Shown: piece after piece, positions 45,371 through 55,373 of the stretch
How positions within the stretch are numbered: the first letter of the stretch is position 1
Layout: the number at the start of each line of letters is the position of its first letter
Origin: Minisyncoccota bacterium
GTDB taxonomy: Bacteria; Patescibacteriota; Minisyncoccia; Phycocordibacterales; JABMNX01
Assembly (NCBI GenBank): GCA_965222715.1
Contig: OZ244961.1
Location: forward strand, 365,458-429,457
DNA length: 64,000 nt
Reading direction: 5' to 3'
Program-made: the position numbers and the translations under genes
Notes under the pieces: generated by a model
What the model was told of the DNA's origin: nothing
What the model saw: only the letters and a program-made list of their open reading frames with translations
The model's database searches: none

Positions 45371-45949
45371 TTATACCGAGTAGCGAACGAAATCAGAAAC
45401 GACAATATTTTCGCCAAACTTTTGTGTTGCAGACTCAACAAGGTTCTTAATGGTGAGTGAAGGGTCTTTAATGAAGTCCTGTTCATATAAGATTTTCTCC
45501 TTAAGAAACGAATCAATCTTGCCTTCTAAGATTTTTGCCCGCATATCCTCTGGCTTATCTGCTACTTCTTTTGTAAACACCTCTCGTGCCGCCTGTATGT
45601 CCTCTTCTTTCACATCTTCACGTTGTGTAAATTGAGGGTGTGACGCTGCAATATGCATTGCTATATCACGTGCAAGCGCAACGAATTCATCGTTTTTTGC
45701 GACAAAATCAGTCTCGCACGAAAGGACTACCATAGCACCAACTTTTTTTGTGTTGTGAATATATGACTCAACGACTCCAGCACCAAGTTCGCGATCAGAC
45801 TTCTTTGCAGCAACATCACTTCCTTTTTTACGAAGCAGTACTTTAGCTTGCTCCATATCACCATTAGCCTCTTCAAGTGCTTTTTTGCACTGCATTACAG
45901 ACACGCCTGTAAGGTCTCGAAGTTCTTTAATTTGTTCTGTGCTTGCCAT
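45371..45949 (-). CDS. tsf: Elongation factor Ts (short form)
   Basis: LRDLTG..VMQCKKAL, CETDFVAK. Confidence 0.96.
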   Translation of the reverse strand: MASTEQIKELRDLTGVSVMQCKKALEEANGDMEQAKVLLRKKGSDVAAKKSDRELGAGVVESYIHNTKKVGAMVVLSCETDFVAKNDEFVALARDIAMHIAASHPQFTQREDVKEEDIQAAREVFTKEVADKPEDMRAKILEGKIDSFLKEKILYEQDFIKDPSLTIKNLVESATQKFGENIVVSDFVRYSV

Positions 45950-45981
45950 ATCTAAAAACACTAGTTAGTTACTATATACTA

Positions 45982-46707
45982 TTATGCTGCTTTCTTTACA
46001 GCTTGAAGATTCTTCTTATACATCTCAGCAACTTTTCCTACAAAGAAAGAGATGCTTTTTACTGATGCGTCATTAGCAAGAATTGGGTACGTTGCTGTGC
46101 TGGTATCACAATCTGAATTCATAAGGCTAATGACAGGAATACCAAGTTTTTGAGCCTCTTCAACTGCTATACTTTCACGTCGTGTATCAACAATAAACAA
46201 TGCTCCAGGAAGCTCTTTCATAGCAACGAGGCCACCAAACGCATCCTCGAGTGATTCAATTTCTCGACTCAAAAGAAGTTGTTCTCGTTTAGTATATTTC
46301 TTTGCAAGTTCACCTTTTTCTTTTTCTTCAGTAAGTGTTTCAAATCGCTCAATACGCTTTTTTATTTCATCAAAATTTGTGAGAGTACCCCCAATCCATC
46401 GTTTTGTTACAAATGGCATATCAAGAGAAAGTGCAGCATTCCTAACCACTTCTCGCGCCTCATTTTTACCAGCAACAAAAAGAATGGTTTTTCTATTTTT
46501 AGCTAACTCAGCAACAAAAGAGAGCGCTTCGTTAAGAAGCTCTTTAGTTTTTTCAAGATCAAAAATCTCAACACCCTCTTTTGCACCAAAAATGTAAGGG
46601 GTTGTGGTCGGGTGTCGGCGTGACTTACTGTAGGCAAAGTGAGCTCCAACATCAAACATGCCCTGGATTGTTTCGTCTTTTGTAGTTGCTGCTTTTGTAT
46701 CTGTCAT
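45982..46707 (-). CDS. rpsB: 30S ribosomal protein S2
   Basis: GAHF, RWIGGTLTNF, ND..KSI. Confidence 0.95.
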   Translation of the reverse strand: MTDTKAATTKDETIQGMFDVGAHFAYSKSRRHPTTTPYIFGAKEGVEIFDLEKTKELLNEALSFVAELAKNRKTILFVAGKNEAREVVRNAALSLDMPFVTKRWIGGTLTNFDEIKKRIERFETLTEEKEKGELAKKYTKREQLLLSREIESLEDAFGGLVAMKELPGALFIVDTRRESIAVEEAQKLGIPVISLMNSDCDTSTATYPILANDASVKSISFFVGKVAEMYKKNLQAVKKAA

Positions 46708-46791
46708 ATGTAAAATCGTGCTCACGCACGATACCCAAAGAGTCTACCAAATACTTCTCATGTATGCAATATAAGCAATATACTAGGCATA

Positions 46792-47766
46792 TTATTCCTC
46801 CTCACGCCCATTACTTTCTACTGCACTCTCGAGATCGTCTAAGATTTCTTCAATATTTCCACCAAGAACACGTTCGATATTCGACCACGATTTTTTTATA
46901 CGGTGGTCGGTAATGCGATCTTGAGGGAAATTATACGTGCGGATCTTCTCAGATCGATCTGCGGTACCAACCTGCTCTCGTCTTGCCGCTGATGTTTTTT
47001 CTGCAGCTTCCTCTTCTTTTAGCTGCTCGATTTTTGCCTGAAGGATACCAAGCGCTTTTTCTCGGTTCTTCTGTTGACTGCGCTCTGACGTACACCGCAC
47101 ATCAATACCTGTTGGCGTGTGTATAATGCGTACCGCTGTTTCTACTTTATTAACATTTTGCCCACCTGCGCCACCTGAACGAGAAAATTCTATTTCTAGG
47201 TCCGCTGGGTTAATTTCCACCTTTTTTTGTTTACGGATAGGAAGGATGGCGACTGAAGCTGTCGAGGTATGAATACGACCCTGCTTCTCAGTTGCAGGAA
47301 TACGCTGTACTCGATGTACACCGGTTTCAAATCGAAGCTCTTTGTAGACGTCTTTGCCTTTTACCTCCATAGACGCTTCTTTATATCCCCCAAGAGAGCT
47401 TCGTGATTCATTTATAATACGAGATTGCCAACCTTGTATCTCAGCATATTTTTGATACATGTGAAGTAATTCTTCTGCAAATAAAGCGGCTTCTTCCCCA
47501 CCAGCACCAGCACGAACTTCAAGAATAATTTCATTAGGAAATCGTACTTCTTCCTCATCCGCTTTCACAATCTGCTCCATTTGAGCAACAAGTGCATCTT
47601 TTTGTTCTTTGATACCCTCTAGCTCTTCTTGAGCAAGATCTTTCATAGATGGATCACTCAGCATGTCTTCAGTATTTTTCTCGCGCAAAACAAGCTGATC
47701 ATACTGATCAACCAAAAAAGCAGTTTTATGGTTACTTCTATACTCCTGTAGCGTTTCTTCTGTCAT
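46792..47766 (-). CDS. prfA: Peptide chain release factor 1
   Basis: [11 protein letters not shown] (PxT), [19 protein letters not shown]. Confidence 0.93.
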   Translation of the reverse strand: MTEETLQEYRSNHKTAFLVDQYDQLVLREKNTEDMLSDPSMKDLAQEELEGIKEQKDALVAQMEQIVKADEEEVRFPNEIILEVRAGAGGEEAALFAEELLHMYQKYAEIQGWQSRIINESRSSLGGYKEASMEVKGKDVYKELRFETGVHRVQRIPATEKQGRIHTSTASVAILPIRKQKKVEINPADLEIEFSRSGGAGGQNVNKVETAVRIIHTPTGIDVRCTSERSQQKNREKALGILQAKIEQLKEEEAAEKTSAARREQVGTADRSEKIRTYNFPQDRITDHRIKKSWSNIERVLGGNIEEILDDLESAVESNGREEE

Positions 47767-47818
47767 ACACACAAAGACCCCTTACGTACTAGTACTCCAA
47801 GGGGTCTTTAAAACAAAG

Positions 47819-48097
47819 TTACTTCTTCGACTTCTGCTTAGATTGCGCTTCTGCTGCAGCTGCTCGTGCTTTGAATTTCTCAACACGCCCAGCAGTATCC
47901 ATCACCTTTTCTTTACCAGTATAAAATGGGTGCGATGCGCTTGAAATTTCAACAGTATAGAGTGGATATTCTTTTCCATCAGTCCAAGTATCTTTTTCTT
48001 CAGTTGAAACAGTTGAGCCAATAAGAAATCGCTCACCACTTGAACTGTCGTGGAAAATAACTGGTCGGTAATTATCTGGATGAATATCCTTTTTCAT
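47819..48097 (-). CDS. rpmE: 50S ribosomal protein L31, type B (no Zn cysteines)
   Basis: [24 protein letters not shown]. Confidence 0.93.
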   Translation of the reverse strand: MKKDIHPDNYRPVIFHDSSSGERFLIGSTVSTEEKDTWTDGKEYPLYTVEISSASHPFYTGKEKVMDTAGRVEKFKARAAAAEAQSKQKSKK

Positions 48098-48162
48098 ATG
48101 TGGCGACTAGAATACCAGAGAAATTCATGCCTTGCAATACAGTAGACACAAGGGTGTGGTTG

Positions 48163-49539
48163 CTACGACGCCTCAAGTACGTCAATAAGTGATTGATATT
48201 TTGCAGCAAGCTCCATCACTCCTTCTCCATAAAAATCATATGCTGGATTCTTTGCATTGGTCCAACCAGCAAAATAACGGAGTGCCGCAAGTTTTTCTGC
48301 TGCTCGTGTTCCTCGGTCGGCACCATTATCCATCATCAGCAATGCTGACGCAATGAAAGCTGTTCGTGGGTCCCATGGGTTTGGTGGATTCTGACCACTC
48401 GCCTTTGCGATACGTGATTTATACAAAATCCATGTAGATGGAATAAACTGTGCAGGGCCCATAGCGCCGCCGTAGCCATATGACGGTGGACAAGAAACAA
48501 CCTGCCCATATGGGTTAATACCAAGCTCTTCGGTAACTGCAAAGAATGGATCCACATCACGAGTCGGCTTCATAACACCAGCAAAATATCTACCCGTGTT
48601 CACCCCTCGTCCATCTCCTTTTCGTGGTTCATTAGTGATGAGACACTGTCCAACGTTCTCACCAAGATTCGACTCTTGTGCAATCACACCAAGAACTAAT
48701 GCTGGGCGAACCCCCGTGACCTTTGAAGCTTCGAGAGCATATTGATACGCTTCAGCAAATGGAATTGGTGCTGAACCCCGAAGAGTAAAGAGTTCTGCGC
48801 GAATATCTGCAGCTGATTTTTGCTTCTCAGTAATGAGCGCTTGGTATGCTGCCTCCTCACCCTTGGTAATGTTAAGAATTTCTCTTCGCTCTCTCTCACG
48901 TGCTTCTATTTTTTGCTTTTCAAGCTCTTGAATCTGACGAAGTTCTTCTTCAGCTGCACGACGGTTCTCTAGAACAACCTTTTGTTCTTCAGTAACATCT
49001 TTTGTGAATGCAATTTCAGTAAATGAATCATTGAGCCCCGCCTTTATCGCATCAAAATTATCAAGATCTTCAAAGAAATCAGAAATATCTTGATTTCCCA
49101 AAATAACCTCAGCAAGCGAATAATCGTCTATTTCATTTGTTCGCCTGATAAGCTGAGCGAGAGATTCTTTTTCTCGTTGTAACTCTTTGTTTAAACTCCC
49201 AATAGTTTCTTCTTTACCATTAATATCCTGCGAGATGCGTTCTATCTCAAGATTTCGTGCGCGAATTGATAGTCGTGCTTTTTGAATTTGCGCATCAAGA
49301 ATGGCAACGTCACGTTCTAGTGAAACACGCTCGCGCTGTTTGTCTTCAAGCAACACTCGTTGTGCTTCAACCTCTTTCTCAATCTGTGCAAGTTCAGCCT
49401 CAAGCTGTGCCCGACGCTGCGCCACTTGCTCATCTGCACTCTGAGCATGAAGAGGAGTTATGGGAGTAGCAGAAAGAAGCGCACTACCAAGAAGTGCAGT
49501 AAGTACTAGATACGAGAGCGGCCGCACGAGTATTTTCAT
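48163..49539 (-). CDS. Secreted coiled-coil protein with C-terminal lytic transglycosylase domain
   Basis: Signal peptide, long coiled coil, QES catalytic Glu, GAMGPAQFIPSTW. Confidence 0.85.
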   Translation of the reverse strand: MKILVRPLSYLVLTALLGSALLSATPITPLHAQSADEQVAQRRAQLEAELAQIEKEVEAQRVLLEDKQRERVSLERDVAILDAQIQKARLSIRARNLEIERISQDINGKEETIGSLNKELQREKESLAQLIRRTNEIDDYSLAEVILGNQDISDFFEDLDNFDAIKAGLNDSFTEIAFTKDVTEEQKVVLENRRAAEEELRQIQELEKQKIEARERERREILNITKGEEAAYQALITEKQKSAADIRAELFTLRGSAPIPFAEAYQYALEASKVTGVRPALVLGVIAQESNLGENVGQCLITNEPRKGDGRGVNTGRYFAGVMKPTRDVDPFFAVTEELGINPYGQVVSCPPSYGYGGAMGPAQFIPSTWILYKSRIAKASGQNPPNPWDPRTAFIASALLMMDNGADRGTRAAEKLAALRYFAGWTNAKNPAYDFYGEGVMELAAKYQSLIDVLEAS

Positions 49540-49580
49540 CACTACTTAGTATACAACCTCTCGTATCACCGAATCAAACA

Positions 49581-49608
49581 CATAACCCACGTAGTACCGT
49601 GGGTTATG
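49581..49608 (-). terminator. Hairpin after rplY
   Basis: CATAACCCACG...CGTGGGTTATG. Confidence 0.55.
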
Positions 49609-49635
49609 TTCGTTCTTTAGTGAGTAAGCTACACA

Positions 49636-50298
49636 CTACTCTTCTTTTGCATCTCCACCCTCATCTGCTGGGTCTTCCTCATCTTTCTTGCCTTTCTTTT
49701 CAACTTCGATATCCTCAATTGATGGTTGTTCATCATCTGTCTCCTCTTCTTCTTTTGCTTCATTTACAAGTGCAACAGTTTCTTCAGGATCAGTAACCAA
49801 TTCAGCTCCCTCAGGAATGGCAATGTCTTTAGCGTGAATGCTCTTTTCAAAATCAGTAAGTATTGAAACGTCTACTTCAATTTCATGCGGCAAATCTTTT
49901 GGCAATACCTCAATTTCAATTTCGTGTAGTGCTTTTACTAACACACCACCAAGTTCTTTTACTGCAGGGGCAGTACCAATGAACTCAAGAGGAACTTTTA
50001 CTGACACCTTTTTACCTTTCTCCATAACATAAAAATCAGCGTGCTGTGGCTTTCCAGTTACTGGATGCACGTGAACTTCGTGAATAAGTGCCTCAACATC
50101 AATCCCGTCACCTTTAAGCTCGATCACTGTTGATTCACCGGCTGTGTCCCAAAGCTTTTTAAACTCATCAACATTAATAGCAATTGGTGTTGACTCTTCT
50201 TTAGGACCATAAAAAACCGCGGGCATCTCGCTGCCGCCACGAAGTTCTTTGAGGGATTTTTTACCCGCTCGTTTTCTGACCTGTAGTGTCTCTGTCAT
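49636..50298 (-). CDS. rplY: 50S ribosomal protein L25/Ctc
   Basis: PAVFYG, HPVT..P.H.DF, VPL.F.G, acidic tail. Confidence 0.95.
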   Translation of the reverse strand: MTETLQVRKRAGKKSLKELRGGSEMPAVFYGPKEESTPIAINVDEFKKLWDTAGESTVIELKGDGIDVEALIHEVHVHPVTGKPQHADFYVMEKGKKVSVKVPLEFIGTAPAVKELGGVLVKALHEIEIEVLPKDLPHEIEVDVSILTDFEKSIHAKDIAIPEGAELVTDPEETVALVNEAKEEEETDDEQPSIEDIEVEKKGKKDEEDPADEGGDAKEE

Positions 50299-50627
50299 AT
50301 AGCACAGTAGTATACGTATTTTTCTAGAAAAATCAATTGCCGCTTTGCATCACCCGCACGCGAGCATGTATAGTAAATGTAGTGAATATTGGTGGAGTAT
50401 CGACATACTTATCCTAATCCTAGGCATAAAAGAAATCACCTCAGTCTTTCTTGGCTACATCATTATGTGTGCCATTGTGCTGTTTCTTCTAAGTGCTGTT
50501 CCTTGCGCCTGGCTATACAACAACTATCACAGAAGGAGGAGTAAAAGAAACTTCAAAAATAAAATATGCTCTTCAACCCTACCCACCTAAGGTAAACGTG
50601 CGTCATGGAGACATGACGCATTCTTTT

Positions 50628-51593
50628 TTACTTAACTACATGCTCTGGAGTAACTCCTTTTGCGTGATCAATAATGCTTTGAGCTGCCATTTCAGCCATC
50701 TTGCCTCGAGTCTCTTCTGTTGCTGAAGCAATGTGCGGAGTAATAACCACATTCTCGAGCTCAGAAAGTCCAGAAGCAAGTTGCGGCTCATCTTCAAACA
50801 CATCAAGTGCTGCACCTTTTATTTTTTTATCGGTAAGCACCTCAACAAGAGCGCTCTCATCAATCACCGGGCCACGAGAAGAGTTTATTAAGTACGCTCC
50901 CTTTTTCATCTTAAGAAGCCGTTCTTTGTTTAATAAGTGTCGTGTTGTATCAAGAAGCGGCACATGTACAGTAACTACATCAGCGACCTCAAGTACCTCG
51001 TCAACAGTAGCTTTAAATTCCGCATGATACTCTTTTTCAAACTCATCGTTTTGTTTGATGTCGTAGTAACAGATGTTCATTCCTAAACCATGAGATGCAA
51101 TGTGTGCGACACGCTGTCCAATACGTCCCGCACCAAGAATACCAAGCGTCTTACCCTTAAGATCAGTACCGAGTAGTAATAGTGGTGCCCACCCATCATA
51201 TTTTCCCGCACGGGTAAATCGATCTCCTTCGGCAATACGTGATGTTATTGAGAGCATGAGCGCTACTGTGTGCTCAGCAACGGTTTCAGTAAGCACTCCA
51301 GGGGTGTTGGTAATAGTAATACCGCGACGCTTTGCCTCTTCTACATCAATATTGTTGTACCCAACGGCATAATTTGAAAATATTTTTGCTTCCGGTGCTG
51401 CATCAAACACCTCAGCATCAATTGTATCAGTGAGAAGACAGAGGACTGCTTCATACGTGTCTTTTTTAAGTGCATCAACAAGCTCACCTTTTGTAAGTAC
51501 TCCATCTTTTTCACTTACCACAACAGAGTGACCTGCTTCTTTTAGTTTAGTAATACCAATCTCAGGAATAGCACGAGTAACAAAAATCTTCAT
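50628..51593 (-). CDS. D-isomer 2-hydroxyacid dehydrogenase (glyoxylate reductase/D-glycerate dehydrogenase type)
   Basis: AVGYNNID, TNTPGVL, GAGRIG, NSSRG, LDVFE.EP, TPHIAS. Confidence 0.9.
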   Translation of the reverse strand: MKIFVTRAIPEIGITKLKEAGHSVVVSEKDGVLTKGELVDALKKDTYEAVLCLLTDTIDAEVFDAAPEAKIFSNYAVGYNNIDVEEAKRRGITITNTPGVLTETVAEHTVALMLSITSRIAEGDRFTRAGKYDGWAPLLLLGTDLKGKTLGILGAGRIGQRVAHIASHGLGMNICYYDIKQNDEFEKEYHAEFKATVDEVLEVADVVTVHVPLLDTTRHLLNKERLLKMKKGAYLINSSRGPVIDESALVEVLTDKKIKGAALDVFEDEPQLASGLSELENVVITPHIASATEETRGKMAEMAAQSIIDHAKGVTPEHVVK

Positions 51594-51597
51594 AAAT

Positions 51598-52461
51598 TTA
51601 GGTGTTAGTGAATAATCGCAGTCGCTCTTCGACAACACGAGATACTTCTTCTACTCCTTTCTTCATAAAACGATATGGTGCAATTTCTTCAGGATTCTCT
51701 TCTAGCCCAGCTTCAATTCCCTTGCGGTATGCAACACGAATCTCAGTGTTGATGTGCACAATTGACATACCAGCTTCAATAGCTTCTCTAAAATCTTTAT
51801 CACTAATACCCGAGCCTCCGTGAAGCACCATAGGTACACCACCTGCTTTACGTAAGCGTTGTATTTGTAGAATGTTTAATTCAGGATTTTTACCTCCCTT
51901 CAACATGCCGTGAAGGTTCCCCACAGCTGGGGCAATGAGGTCAACTCCTGTTTCTTTCACGTACTGCGCAATCTGCTCTTCTGTAGTAACAGCTCCCTCG
52001 GGATCAACTCCTTCTGGGAGCTCTTCAAGCATTTTTGAAGACGAACCAATGTAGCCAATCTCTCCTTCAACAAGGATGTCTGGGTTTACACTTTTTGCAT
52101 ACGTAACCGCCTCCTTTGTTTGTTTAATATTTTCCTCTAGTGGAAGCTTTACTCCATCAAAAATTACTGCGTCATATCCCGCATCAACTGCCTCTCGTAT
52201 TCGCCCAACTGAATATGTATGGTCTGCATTAAGAAAAATAGGATAGTCATATTCTTCACGCAAACTCTGTACCAGTGCAACAATCTGACGAACACCAATA
52301 AAATCACGTTCACCTTCTGAAGTACCAATAATTATGGGAACATTGAGCTTCCGAGCGGCGTTAAAAATGGCATGCAACTGCTCAGTGTCTGAAACATTAA
52401 AATGACCAAGGGCACTGTTGTTCTCTTCGGCTTCTAAAATATATTCTCGTAGTGTTTTCAT
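51598..52461 (-). CDS. fba: Class II fructose-bisphosphate aldolase
   Basis: NADH, VEGEIG, GNLHG, VLHGGSG, INTE. Confidence 0.9.
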   Translation of the reverse strand: MKTLREYILEAEENNSALGHFNVSDTEQLHAIFNAARKLNVPIIIGTSEGERDFIGVRQIVALVQSLREEYDYPIFLNADHTYSVGRIREAVDAGYDAVIFDGVKLPLEENIKQTKEAVTYAKSVNPDILVEGEIGYIGSSSKMLEELPEGVDPEGAVTTEEQIAQYVKETGVDLIAPAVGNLHGMLKGGKNPELNILQIQRLRKAGGVPMVLHGGSGISDKDFREAIEAGMSIVHINTEIRVAYRKGIEAGLEENPEEIAPYRFMKKGVEEVSRVVEERLRLFTNT

Positions 52462-52579
52462 ATTGTACTTATGTATTGTAGCAAAAAAGGTTTCCAGGAA
52501 CGCCTATACCTTCTCCACACCCAATTACAGCATGTAAAAAGAAAGCGACCTTCAACATAAGGCCGCTTACGGGAGTCTG

Positions 52580-52813
52580 TTAATCAAGAATTTTGATTTC
52601 GAACATGGGATCTTGGTGGAAGACGTTTTGTGCACATTCAGGAAGTGGTGTCCCATCTTCTCTGCAGACATTCAAACTATCATTAAGGAGAAGTACCGTG
52701 TCGTGACTCACCCCCTCAACATCTTCTGGGATGTCTCCTAGAAGTGTAAATGTCTGGCCTGGAACTACGCAGTAGAAATAGTCGGGGTCTTCTTCAGACT
52801 GTTGTGTATTCAT
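52580..52813 (-). CDS. Small acidic hypothetical protein (77 aa)
   Basis: GAGGT SD before ATG; downstream GCGGCC/GGTCGC hairpin with T tail. Confidence 0.5.
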   Translation of the reverse strand: MNTQQSEEDPDYFYCVVPGQTFTLLGDIPEDVEGVSHDTVLLLNDSLNVCREDGTPLPECAQNVFHQDPMFEIKILD

Positions 52814-52927
52814 GAGTACCTCTTCTTGCCACCTTCTTGCCAAAAGGGTTCTTAAAAGACTGTGCAGTCTACTGTGTGTAATATCAGAACATGTATCGTA
52901 AATCAAGTATGGTACTATACGTACTAT

Positions 52928-53920
52928 ATGAAAGAACTTGATTTTGTAGGGGTGGGTGACATTACCACCGATGCGTTTATACGACTCAAAGATGCTCGAG
53001 TTAATTGTGACATCAACGATGAGAACTGCACACTCTGTGTTGATTTTGGTGCAAAGATTCCCTACGAATCGGTAACTGAAGTACCTGCAGTTGGAAATAG
53101 TCCAAATGCGTCAGTGTCAGCGTACCGCTTAGGGCTTACCTCTGCCCTTGTAACCTCAATGGGAGATGACCGAAATGGTGAGGATATGCTTACGCAGCTT
53201 ACTAACGAGGGAATTAATACCGAGTACGTTACTGTTGAAAAAGGAAAGGAATCGAACTATCACTATGTACTTCAATATGAGGCTGAACGAACTATTCTTG
53301 TGAAGCACCACGAGTATACGTATTCACTTCCAACATTTGAGAGGCCACCACAATGGATGTATCTTTCATCTTTGGGTGAAAACTCAATACCGTATCATCA
53401 TGACATTGCACGGTACATTAAAGAAAACCCTGATATCAAACTAGCATTCCAACCAGGAACGTTTCAAATTAAACTTGGTGCTGAAACACTGAAAGACATT
53501 TATGAAGTGTCCGAACTATTCTTCTGTAACAAACAAGAGGCGCAGTCTATTCTAAAAACTGATGAGGGTGATATGAAAAAATTACTTTCAGGTATGCGAG
53601 CACTTGGCCCCCGTATCGCTATTATTACTGATGGACCCAAGGGGGCGTATGCTGACAATGGTGAAGGTGTTTGGCATATGCCAATGTATCCTGACCCGAA
53701 ACCACCAGTTGATCGGACTGGTGCTGGAGATTCATTTTCTTCAACGGTAACCTCAATGCTTGCTCTTGGTATGACACTTCCAGAGGCACTTGAGCGTGGA
53801 CCTATCAATTCAATGTCTGTAGTACAACATATTGGCGCACAGAAAGGATTACTTACACGTGAGGAACTTGAGAGGTACTTAGAAGAGCGACCTACTGACT
53901 ACGTAGTGTCTGAACTATGA
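52928..53920 (+). CDS. PfkB-family carbohydrate kinase
   Basis: N..E, TDGPKG, VDRTGAGDSF. Confidence 0.9.
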   Translation: MKELDFVGVGDITTDAFIRLKDARVNCDINDENCTLCVDFGAKIPYESVTEVPAVGNSPNASVSAYRLGLTSALVTSMGDDRNGEDMLTQLTNEGINTEYVTVEKGKESNYHYVLQYEAERTILVKHHEYTYSLPTFERPPQWMYLSSLGENSIPYHHDIARYIKENPDIKLAFQPGTFQIKLGAETLKDIYEVSELFFCNKQEAQSILKTDEGDMKKLLSGMRALGPRIAIITDGPKGAYADNGEGVWHMPMYPDPKPPVDRTGAGDSFSSTVTSMLALGMTLPEALERGPINSMSVVQHIGAQKGLLTREELERYLEERPTDYVVSEL

Positions 53921-53946
53921 TGCAAAAATGGCTCTATAAAGGCATG

Positions 53947-53976
53947 AAAAACGCCAAGGGTACCCTTGGCGTTTTT
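53947..53976. repeat. Dispersed palindrome family copy 5
   Basis: AAAAACGCCAAGGGT|ACCCTTGGCGTTTTT, perfect. Confidence 0.85.
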
Positions 53977-54085
53977 TGTAGTGTGTATGCTGGTGGATAT
54001 ATGAATAATTTGACAAATGGTATTTATATATGATATAATTTTACTAGTTTTAGTAATGTGCTGAGACTTGGAAAGGAGTAAAGAC

Positions 54086-54304
54086 ATGCGTGACGCAATA
54101 TCCGCACTTGCTTACACCATTTTCGGCATTCTTTTGACGGGCGCAGTAGTTGTCGGGATTATCTTTTATCTCGACTTCCTGTCAGTTCTCTCCACAGGAC
54201 TCGGAAAGTGGTTCATGATCATCATACTAGAAGCTGGCGGGATCACTGGCTTGTGCCTCTGGTGTAAACGGTACGACAAAGTCAACTATGGCAGCGAGGT
54301 GTGA
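54086..54304 (+). CDS. Small 2-TM protein (72 aa)
   Basis: TTGACA-18-TATAAT (54010-54039), AAGGAG SD, two TM helices. Confidence 0.7.
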   Translation: MRDAISALAYTIFGILLTGAVVVGIIFYLDFLSVLSTGLGKWFMIIILEAGGITGLCLWCKRYDKVNYGSEV

Positions 54305-54344
54305 AATACAACTTCGCTGTTTTTCTTTACTTAATATAACAGAC

Positions 54345-55370
54345 TTATATAACAGCACACCTCCTACTTGATCCTTCTGGAAGTAATCCACATACCATCT
54401 TAAGTCCATCAGTATACTCCTTTCTGGGTGCCAAAGACCACGTCACCCCTTTCAAACATTCAATTTCAGCAGTCACAGAGGGCATGTCTTCACAAAACTT
54501 GATCATTTTTTCTACATCATATTCAATACTACCAAGTTCATATCCAATACCATTAATGCATGAATTGCGTTCTTCATCATTTTGAAGCGTAGTACATATC
54601 TCACCTATTTTCTTCCAACCACTAGCATCTTCATTAAAATACGCATACTTCCACCAAGAACTTTGGTAGAGGTAACATGCGCCTCGCACACTTTTCTCAA
54701 CGCTGTCACATGGATAGTGCATACCTCTCAGGTCTGGCTCTCGCACAATAGCACCAAGTCGTAGTATTGACCCCTCTTGTTCTCTATCAAAAATCAAATC
54801 TCCTGCACCAAAAGCAAATTCCATGAACACTCCAGAAGCGCATGGAGATGGGCCAGCCGTATCTGAGGTGTGGGACACACAAACATCTACAGCATCTTCG
54901 ACATACTCATCACCAAGATAACTTAAAATGCCATGCCCAAGACCATGGAGACACTGTGCGAACAATTCTGTGTCTCCGTCACATACTCCCACTATTTCTT
55001 CAATGGCTTGGGTTCCTTGATCATACATCGCTAGATTAAAAAAGCCGTGCTGGCACCCAAAATCAAAATATTCCCCACATATTGATGCACCTTCTAGTCC
55101 CGCTTTCTTGTATACAAGCTGTCCAAATATATGCGAGATGTCGTGTTGTATTTGATAGTTTAACTCTTTATATTTCTCGTTTTCAGAAAATGTCCTATAT
55201 GCTTGAGCTGCCCCCACCCTATCGATTTCCTGCTCCCAATACACAGCTTCTTTTTGGTAATCAACATCAACAATACTTTCATTATCTTTTTCCTTTTCTG
55301 AAACCCAAAAGAAGGCAAGAGAGATAACCACCCCCAATAACAGTAAGAGTAGTAATCTGCGCATATTCAT
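54345..55370 (-). CDS. Exported Cys/His-rich helical-repeat protein
   Basis: N-terminal TM; H..SH..G, GCQHG, CLHGLGHG, C..GVFME, C..G repeats. Confidence 0.75.
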   Translation of the reverse strand: MNMRRLLLLLLLGVVISLAFFWVSEKEKDNESIVDVDYQKEAVYWEQEIDRVGAAQAYRTFSENEKYKELNYQIQHDISHIFGQLVYKKAGLEGASICGEYFDFGCQHGFFNLAMYDQGTQAIEEIVGVCDGDTELFAQCLHGLGHGILSYLGDEYVEDAVDVCVSHTSDTAGPSPCASGVFMEFAFGAGDLIFDREQEGSILRLGAIVREPDLRGMHYPCDSVEKSVRGACYLYQSSWWKYAYFNEDASGWKKIGEICTTLQNDEERNSCINGIGYELGSIEYDVEKMIKFCEDMPSVTAEIECLKGVTWSLAPRKEYTDGLKMVCGLLPEGSSRRCAVI

Positions 55371-55373
55371 AAT

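Noticed and set aside
50345-50590. Small membrane protein between rplY and the dehydrogenase
   Set aside because: A hydrophobic stretch is present, but there is no clear start or SD; too weak to call
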